DNA of 57,221 nt, taken from NCBI GenBank assembly GCA_963663405.2, contig CAXXSM010000096.1:1-57221 (forward strand). The letters are read 5' to 3'. This document shows, in pieces, positions 50,452-57,221 of this stretch. The DNA comes from a bacterium. Its GTDB lineage: Bacteria > Hinthialibacterota > Hinthialibacteria > Hinthialibacterales > Hinthialibacteraceae. Both the position numbers and the translations under genes were made by a program. The notes beneath the pieces were generated by a model that ran no database searches, was not told the origin of the DNA, and worked only from the letters and a program-made list of their open reading frames with translations. Every line of letters starts with the position of its first letter. The first letter of the stretch is position 1.

Positions 50452-50676
50452 TTAATCAATTGAACTAAAACTATCAAAAACTTGATATGAAAATTCCCGC
50501 AAACCAGCACTGGCTTTCGCGTGTTCAATCGTCATGCTGACGATATTTCCCATATTATCGATGTCTATATAGATATTTTCACTGATTTCTTTCGTTTCAT
50601 GGACATCATTTTCCGTAAACTCCAAATGAGCTGTGTCAGTATCTGTGAAATATTTGACTTTCATAACATCACTCAC
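50452..50676 (-). CDS. DUF2283 domain protein
   Basis: MKVKYFTDTDTAHLEF...ETKEISENIYIDID..GNIVSMTIEHA pattern; start overlaps the nikR stop. Confidence 0.8.
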   Translation of the reverse strand: MSDVMKVKYFTDTDTAHLEFTENDVHETKEISENIYIDIDNMGNIVSMTIEHAKASAGLREFSYQVFDSFSSID

Positions 50677-51092
50677 TTCGGAATTTCCGCCCCGGTCGAG
50701 GTAATCACAAGTTCACCATGTTTCACTCCCCGGATTCCGATCAAGCGCCCGGCGAATTGTTGAATGAGACGACCTTCCCCTTGGGCGACGATTACTTCAA
50801 GGCAGTTATGATGATCCAGGTGAACGTGCATGCTGGAAATGACGGACGCTTCGCTGTTGTGTTGCTCTTCGATCATCCGTTCCGAAAGTTCGCGCACATG
50901 GTGATCGTAGAGAATCGTTATTACGCCGACCACTTCCTTATTCTCTTCGACTTCCTGCTGGATAAGTTTGTCCCGGATGAGATCCCGGATCCCTTCCGAA
51001 CGGTTGTTATATCCCTTTTGTTCAAGAAGTTCGTCGAATTGGACAAGCAGTTTTTCGGATAAAGAAACACTGAATCGTACCGCTTCGGGCAT
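50673..51092 (-). CDS. nikR: Nickel-responsive transcriptional regulator
   Basis: RFSVSL...GYNNRSEGIRDLIR ribbon-helix-helix; YDHH; HVHLDHHNCLEV nickel site. Confidence 0.95.
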   Translation of the reverse strand: MPEAVRFSVSLSEKLLVQFDELLEQKGYNNRSEGIRDLIRDKLIQQEVEENKEVVGVITILYDHHVRELSERMIEEQHNSEASVISSMHVHLDHHNCLEVIVAQGEGRLIQQFAGRLIGIRGVKHGELVITSTGAEIPK

Positions 51093-51102
51093 ATCCGGCT
51101 CC

Positions 51103-52981
51103 TTAGAAGTTGATCGTTATAATCCCACCATTATGCAATCCACGAAGAATAAACACGATTCCGATTAACGTAACTAAAATCGGAGACGCGATCTGCAACC
51201 AGCTAAAGGCCCGTTTCTTGGTCACAAACCGGTCCATAAATTTCTTTGCCGTCACCATCATGATACCAATGGCGATTAAAACAGACGCGAGGCCGATACT
51301 GAAAAATACAATTAACGCCATCCCAAACAGCAACCTATGCATGGCGTTCGCCGCCAGAAGAACCACAATCGCTGAAGGACAAGGGACGATCCCTCCCGTA
51401 ATCCCCAACATCAATAAATCCCTCCAGGTGGCGTCGGCGGGAATTTCGTGTGTATGGGTATGGGGACCATGTTCATGGTCAAGATCATGAACGTGATCAT
51501 AAACGTGATCGTGGGAATGATCGTGATGGTGGTCATGGTCGTGATGATGATCGTGGTCATGAGAATGGCCGTGGTCATGATTGTGATCATGATGATGGCC
51601 ATGATTACGATCGTGGGAATGTGTATGCGTCAATTCATGAACGGGAATACCGAGTTCCCCGGCGATTTTAACCCGTTGATAGGCTTGATACCGCCGGGAG
51701 AAACAACGCGATCCCAATCCCAGCGATGAGCAATCCTGACGCGGATTCAATAATCGGGTAAAGCTGATCCGGCAGGATATATTGAGAAAAGTAGAGCGTA
51801 ATGATTCCCATCAGAAACACGCTGGAAACATGAGTCATCGTCACAATGATTCCAAGAAAAATGGCGTGTTGAATCGTGCCGCGCGATCCCACCAGATACG
51901 CCGCCACCACTGTTTTCCCATGTCCAGGTGAAAGCGCGTGGATCGATCCGAAAAAAAACGACAAACCAAGGGCCGTAAGAATAAAGCCGAGGCTCAAATC
52001 CTCCGCCCCGATTAAATTCGCCCACTCGGAATCACTTTGCGAACGTGCATACGCGTCATCCCGGCCTACAAATGTGACTCCTTGAACAGGCGCCGTTGGC
52101 GTTGGTGTAGAGTCAGCTGGCAGTAAAAGCGACATCGAGGCGTCCATCACATTGCGGGGTTGGAGAGCCGCAATCTTCGCCTGTACCTCCTGGTTAGGTT
52201 GAATGGGAGATTTTAGGATGGTATAAACACCCGATTCATCCGGCTCCAAGGGAAATTGCGGGATGGAGAGAGGATCAATCATTCGCAGAGGATCGCTATA
52301 GTCCTCTGGACTTAATGGCTCCTTTGTTTTCACCGAATACGTCAATGAAACGCCCAAACCACTCAGAATAGATACATCCGGCGCCAATGGGAGAGGGATG
52401 GAGCCATCGGCGGCCTTAATATTCTCCGGCAACACGGTCACACCCGGCGCGTTTTTGATCCGGATTTCTCTCACACCGCGAAGATGTGTAAGATTGTCAT
52501 CTTGAAACGAGAATGTGAAATCCCCGATCCGCCGGTTCTCATCGATTTGGAAATAGAACGCCATTTGCAGCTGCAGACACGTCAACGATCCTTGGCCGCG
52601 TGAAAGAATCACATGATTGCGCATCACGGTAAGCGATTGCAGAAGAGATTCCCCGCGTTCATCAAGAAGAGAATAGGTATATTTTGGGAAGAACCGGGTA
52701 GAGATATTGGCTTTATAATTCTCGATCTCTTCCGGCGTCACCCGGTTGTCTCCATCCTGGTCGACATACGCCAATTCGTTGTAAGATGGAATCTCGGCGA
52801 AATCAAGAACATGTTGGATTATTATCCCCCCTGGATGTATTTCTATAATATTATAATGATTGAGTGAAAAATTACCCAAAGGATGAGCCCCAGCGGAAAA
52901 CACCGTGCATAACAATGAGAAAAAAACGAATGCAAATCGAGACATCCCCAAACAATAGAATCTGAATCGAGCCATTATCAT
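51103..52981 (-). CDS. Nickel/cobalt transporter (RcnA/NicO family) with N-terminal periplasmic domain and His-rich loop; one apparent frameshift near 51697
   Basis: AHPLGNFSLNHY N-terminus; DQDGDNRVT EF-hand-like loop; HALSPGHGKT; His/Asp repeat; GITGGIVPCPSA. Confidence 0.88.
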
Positions 52982-53328
52982 CGTACACTTCTTCGATTTA
53001 AAATAATAAATCAGGCTATATCATATTCCTTTTAAAAACAATGGAAAAAGGGATTCACTCTTCTTATTTCTCCTACTTTTCCCACGAAACAATCTATAAA
53101 AACAAATATACTGTAATGAATACGATAGGAATGAATAGAACGGAAGACGAAATATCGCGTATTACTGTTTCTGGCTCTCACTCAGCTTCGATTATTTTAA
53201 ATTCTTTTGGGGTAACTTTTTTTTTGTTTTTTATCCTAACTTCCGCGCTTCCGGGTAATTGCGTTATTTACGGTCTAGCTATAAGGACCGGAAAAAAACA
53301 TTGGAATTAAAAAAAATTGAAAAATAGC

Positions 53329-53381
53329 TTGACACCACAATATGTGGGGGTTATTATTGCCGTCACCTCAATTTGTGGGAT
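53329..53381 (+). promoter_or_regulatory. Sigma70 promoter of nrdJ overlapped by tandem NrdR boxes
   Basis: TTGACA (53329-34), 17 bp, TATTAT (53352-57); boxes CCACAATATGTGGGGG (53335) and CCTCAATTTGTGGGAT (53366), 31 bp apart, resembling acaCwAtATaTwGtg. Confidence 0.8.
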
Positions 53382-53416
53382 TTTAATTAATTTTTCATTA
53401 CTAAGGAGTTTGAGGG

Positions 53417-56224
53417 ATGGCTATTGCGGAATCCAATCGAATTAATACGATGCCCGAGTTTGATCGAGAAGAATCAATGGAAAATATGGAGAAAAAAACC
53501 GGATTGCGTTTCCGCCGTTACTATACGAGGCGGGGAGAAGATCCCTATTCCAAAGTGGAATGGGAGATTCGCGACGCAGTGATTATCGGTGAGGATGGAA
53601 CCGCCGTTTTCGAGCAGAAAAACGTGGAGGTTCCAAAAAGCTGGACCCAGATGGCCACGAATGTGGTGGTTTCAAAATATTTTCGGGGTGAGATCGGAAC
53701 CTCGCAACGCGAAAAAAAGCGTGAAGCAATTGATCTCTCGTGTCGTCAACACAATCGTCTCCTGGGGAGAACGGCAGCAGTATTTCGCTTCTCCAGACGA
53801 TCGAGACGCGTATTGTGATGAACTCAAATATCTCCTGCTTCATCAGCACGCCTCATTCAACAGCCCCGTTTGGTTTAACTGCGGTGTGGAGAAAAATCCA
53901 CAATGTTCGGCCTGCTTTATCAATTCGGTCGAAGATACGATGGATTCCATCCTTTCGCTCGCGAAAACAGAGGGAATGCTCTTTAAGTACGGATCGGGCA
54001 CAGGCACGAATTTTTCCGCGCTGCGATCGTCCAAAGAAAAATTGACGGGCGGAGGAACCGCTTCCGGACCGGTCTCATTTATGAAAGGATACGACGCCTT
54101 CGCCGGAGTCATCAAATCAGGCGGCAAGACACGCCGCGCGGCCAAAATGGTGATTCTGAACGCCGATCACCCCGATATCGTCGATTTTATCCACTGCAAA
54201 GCGCGGGAGGAGAAGAAAGCGTGGGCGTTGATCGACTCCGGATACGACGGATCATTCAACGGTGAGGCGTATGGCTCTGTCTTCTTCCAAAATTCGAACA
54301 ACAGTGTGCGCGTAACCGATGAATTCATGAACGCGGTCAAGAATGATCAAGACTGGCACACCCGCGCAGTCACAAACGGTGAAATATGCGATACCTTCAA
54401 AGCGCGGGAACTAATGAAGATGATCTGCGAATGCGCTCACACCTGCGGTGATCCCGGCCTCCAGTTCGATACGACCGTCAATCATTGGCACACCTGCCCA
54501 AACACGGCGCGCATTAACGCGTCAAATCCCTGCTCCGAATATATGTTCATAAACGATTCGGCCTGCAACCTGGCTTCTCTCAACTTGATGAAATACCTCG
54601 GTGAGGATGGAAATTACGATGTCCAGGGCTATAAACACTCCATTAATATCATCATCACCGCCCAGGAGATTATCGTCGACAACGCCAGTTATCCAACAGA
54701 GCAGATCGAAAAAAACAGCCATTATTTCCGCCCACTCGGATTGGGATACGCGAACCTCGGCGCTCTGCTGATGGTGAATGGACTGCCATACGACAGTGAG
54801 GAAGGCCGGAATTACGCGGCGTGTCTGACATCGATCATGACCGGGCAGGCGTATCTCCAAAGCGCTCGCATCGCCGAAATTTTAGAGCCGTTTGAGGGAT
54901 TCGAGAAAAACCGCGATCCGATGTTGAACGTCATCACCATGCATCGCGAAGCCGCGTATCGCATCGGCCAAAAAGGAGCGCCGGGCTCTCTACGCGGAGA
55001 AGCCACATCCGTCTGGGATCAGGCCTATGAATGGGGAAAAGAACATGGATTCCGCAACGCTCAAGTGACGGTCCTCGCCCCCACGGGCACGATCGGTTTC
55101 ATGATGGATTGCGACACAACGGGGATTGAACCGGATATCGCATTGGTGAAATACAAAAAACTGGTCGGCGGCGGGTGTGTTAAAGATCGTCAATAACACC
55201 GTTCCATCCGTGTTGGATAAATTGGGTTATACAAAAAAAGATCGCGAATCGATCATACAATACATCGATCAACATGACACAATCGAGGGCGCGCCGGATC
55301 TGCAGAAAAAGCACCTTCCGATCTTTGACTGCGCGTTCAAACCAGCGAAAGGGAGCCGGTTTATTCATCACATGGGCCATCTCCGCATGATGGGCGCGGT
55401 CCAGCCGTTCCTTTCCGGCGCCATATCAAAAACAGTCAATATGCCCCACGAAGCAACGGTGGAAGACATCGAAAAAGCCTATATGGAAGCGTGGAAACTA
55501 CAACTGAAATCCGTCGCGCTTTACCGGGACGGCTGCAAACGTACGCAGCCGTTGAACACATCCCTCGACAAAGACAACGGTTTGACAAAACAAACCACAA
55601 CAGCGGTTCAAACCGTTCGTAAACCCTACCGGCGGAGACTCCCAGACGAACGCCAGGCGCTGACCCATAAATTCAACATCAACGGCCATGAAGGTTACAT
55701 CACCGTTGGATTGTACGAAGAAGGAAAGCCCGGTGAGATTTTCCTGACGATGGCGAAAGAGGGAAGCGTGGTGTCCGGATTGATGGATGGATTCGCCACA
55801 GCGATCTCGCTCGCGCTGCAGTATGGCGTGCCGCTTAAAATTCTGGTCAACAAATTCGCACATACCCGCTTTGAACCGTCTGGAATGACTAACAATCCAC
55901 AAATTCTATTCGCCAAATCGATCACCGATTATATCTTCCGCTGGCTCGCTTCGAAATTTCTTAGCGAAGAGGACAAAATCGCGGTCGGCGTCCGTCCTGA
56001 TGGAGCGCCCAGTGAATCGAGTGGACCTATCCCCACCGATCCGGAAGTATTCAATGGACTCACCATAGCCGACGACGCCAATCCATCGCCGGAAACACTC
56101 GACGCGTTCTCCTTCCGCGCGCAGGATGACGCGCCCCCCCTGCTCGGAATGCGGCTCCATCATGATCCGGAACGGTTCGTGTTATAAATGCGTCAACTGT
56201 GGATCAACTAGCGGGTGTTCGTGA
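53417..56224 (+). CDS. nrdJ: Vitamin B12-dependent (class II) ribonucleotide reductase; three apparent frameshifts
   Basis: FNSPVWFN, QCSACFI, NPCSE, CNLASLN, APTGT, GAISKTVN, TSCPD-like domain and terminal C..C...C..CGSTSGCS; frameshifts near 53715, 55174 and 56137. Confidence 0.93.
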
Positions 56225-56250
56225 CCGGTGAGAGTAGGGAGATAGGATTT

Positions 56251-57060
56251 TTATGAATCTGGTTTCGAAGCGTTATTCTCTACATCAACAAGAATCACTT
56301 CAACTCCCGCTTCGCGGATACGTTCGTACATGGCTTCATGCTCTTTACGTGTGTCCGTAATGAGTATATCCGCCCGGTCAAGGTCACAAAGATGACACAT
56401 GGCCCGAACGCCGATTTTACTGTGATCGGCCAGAATTACGATCTTCTCCGCATTCTCCATCATGGCCTGTTCAGTTTCCACCACCAATTCGTTGGAGTAA
56501 TAAAAACTCTCCCCATCAATTCCTCCAACAGAAAGAAACACCCAGTTGGCGTAATACTGGCCGATGCTGGCGCGGGCCTGGGGGCCGATCAGCTGGCCCG
56601 ACTGGGGGTAGAGATGCCCGCCCGAAAGAAACACATCCACAGCGGCTTTCCCACCGAATCGCTTTTCTCCTAATGTAGAAGCGAGATGCAGCGAATTCGT
56701 GATAACGCGCAAGGGAAAATTGGGTAGAAAATCAGTGATATGAAATGTTGTCGTCCCACCGTCCACCATCACGACATCTCCCGGCCGCAGGAGCGTGACC
56801 GCTTTGCGCGCAAGAGCGCGTTTTTCCTTAGCGTGACGCGCTTCGCGCAGAGCGTATGGCGTCATGCCATTGGTCCAGATCTTCTTGCGGCGAATTCCTC
56901 CCCGCGTGCGGTCAACCAGATTTTCCAGCGCCATATCATTGAAATCACGCCGGATCGTAGCGGGGCTTGCGGCAATCAGCGTTACGGCGTCTTCTACGCT
57001 AAGGAATTCGTGTTCATTTAAATGCGCGAGTATCTCGGCGTATCGTTGTTGCTTAATCAT
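56251..57060 (-). CDS. DeoR/GlpR-family transcriptional regulator
   Basis: SPATIRRDF HTH; DGGTTT, VITNSL and LADHSKI sensor-domain motifs. Confidence 0.92.
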   Translation of the reverse strand: MIKQQRYAEILAHLNEHEFLSVEDAVTLIAASPATIRRDFNDMALENLVDRTRGGIRRKKIWTNGMTPYALREARHAKEKRALARKAVTLLRPGDVVMVDGGTTTFHITDFLPNFPLRVITNSLHLASTLGEKRFGGKAAVDVFLSGGHLYPQSGQLIGPQARASIGQYYANWVFLSVGGIDGESFYYSNELVVETEQAMMENAEKIVILADHSKIGVRAMCHLCDLDRADILITDTRKEHEAMYERIREAGVEVILVDVENNASKPDS

Positions 57061-57221
57061 GATTCATTTTGATCGTTCATTTCAAAAGAATAAATAATAG
57101 TTAACATAATTTGATCAGATATCCACTCTTCCATTGTTAAACAAATGTAAAACACAAATTAATGGAAAATAATTGAGAATTTTCTTGATTGATATTGACT
57201 GAAATTGATCGTTCGAATAAA

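Noticed and set aside
51411-51729. Low-complexity ORFs over the CAT/GAT-rich repeat
   Set aside because: They are alternative frames of the His/Asp-rich loop of the Ni/Co transporter
52982-53310. NikR operator and the 89-aa ORF 53041..53310
   Set aside because: No GTATGA-N16-TCATAC-like palindrome with proper spacing was found; the ORF has no recognisable features and lies in an AT-rich divergent promoter region

Overview
A 57 kb bacterial chromosomal window of mostly housekeeping, metabolic and envelope genes (bioF, der, plsY, hisA, hisN-type phosphatase, nrdJ with tandem NrdR boxes, nikR, an IlvD/Edd-family dehydratase, a GH88, an S8 protease, and a GT4-GNAT-deacetylase-flippase lipid-modification operon), interspersed with many secreted proteins. 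The style of the N-methylation pilin gene and the secreted proteins suggests an uncultured lineage such as OLB16/Ca. Hinthialibacterota; this is inference only. Best candidate for an undescribed system: four unrelated signal-peptide proteins all end in the same short C-terminal motif, [V/S]-x-[D/E/A]-W-x-[L/M/F]-Y(K)-stop, which looks like a lineage-specific sorting or anchoring signal. A tandem paralog pair in which only one copy carries the motif gives a natural control. Other notable items: (i) an AT-rich module of TPR protein, secreted papain-fold protein and MORN-type protein, with two in-frame stops and a complete ISKra4-like IS with a 9-bp TSD; (ii) an LRR gene flanked by ~145-bp direct repeats that duplicate the upstream region and 5' end of the neighbouring gene; (iii) a ~85-105 bp palindromic repeat family in four copies. 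At least eight genes, including essential der, carry single-base homopolymer frameshifts, so the assembly is probably error-prone. I recognised no rRNA, tRNA or CRISPR array.
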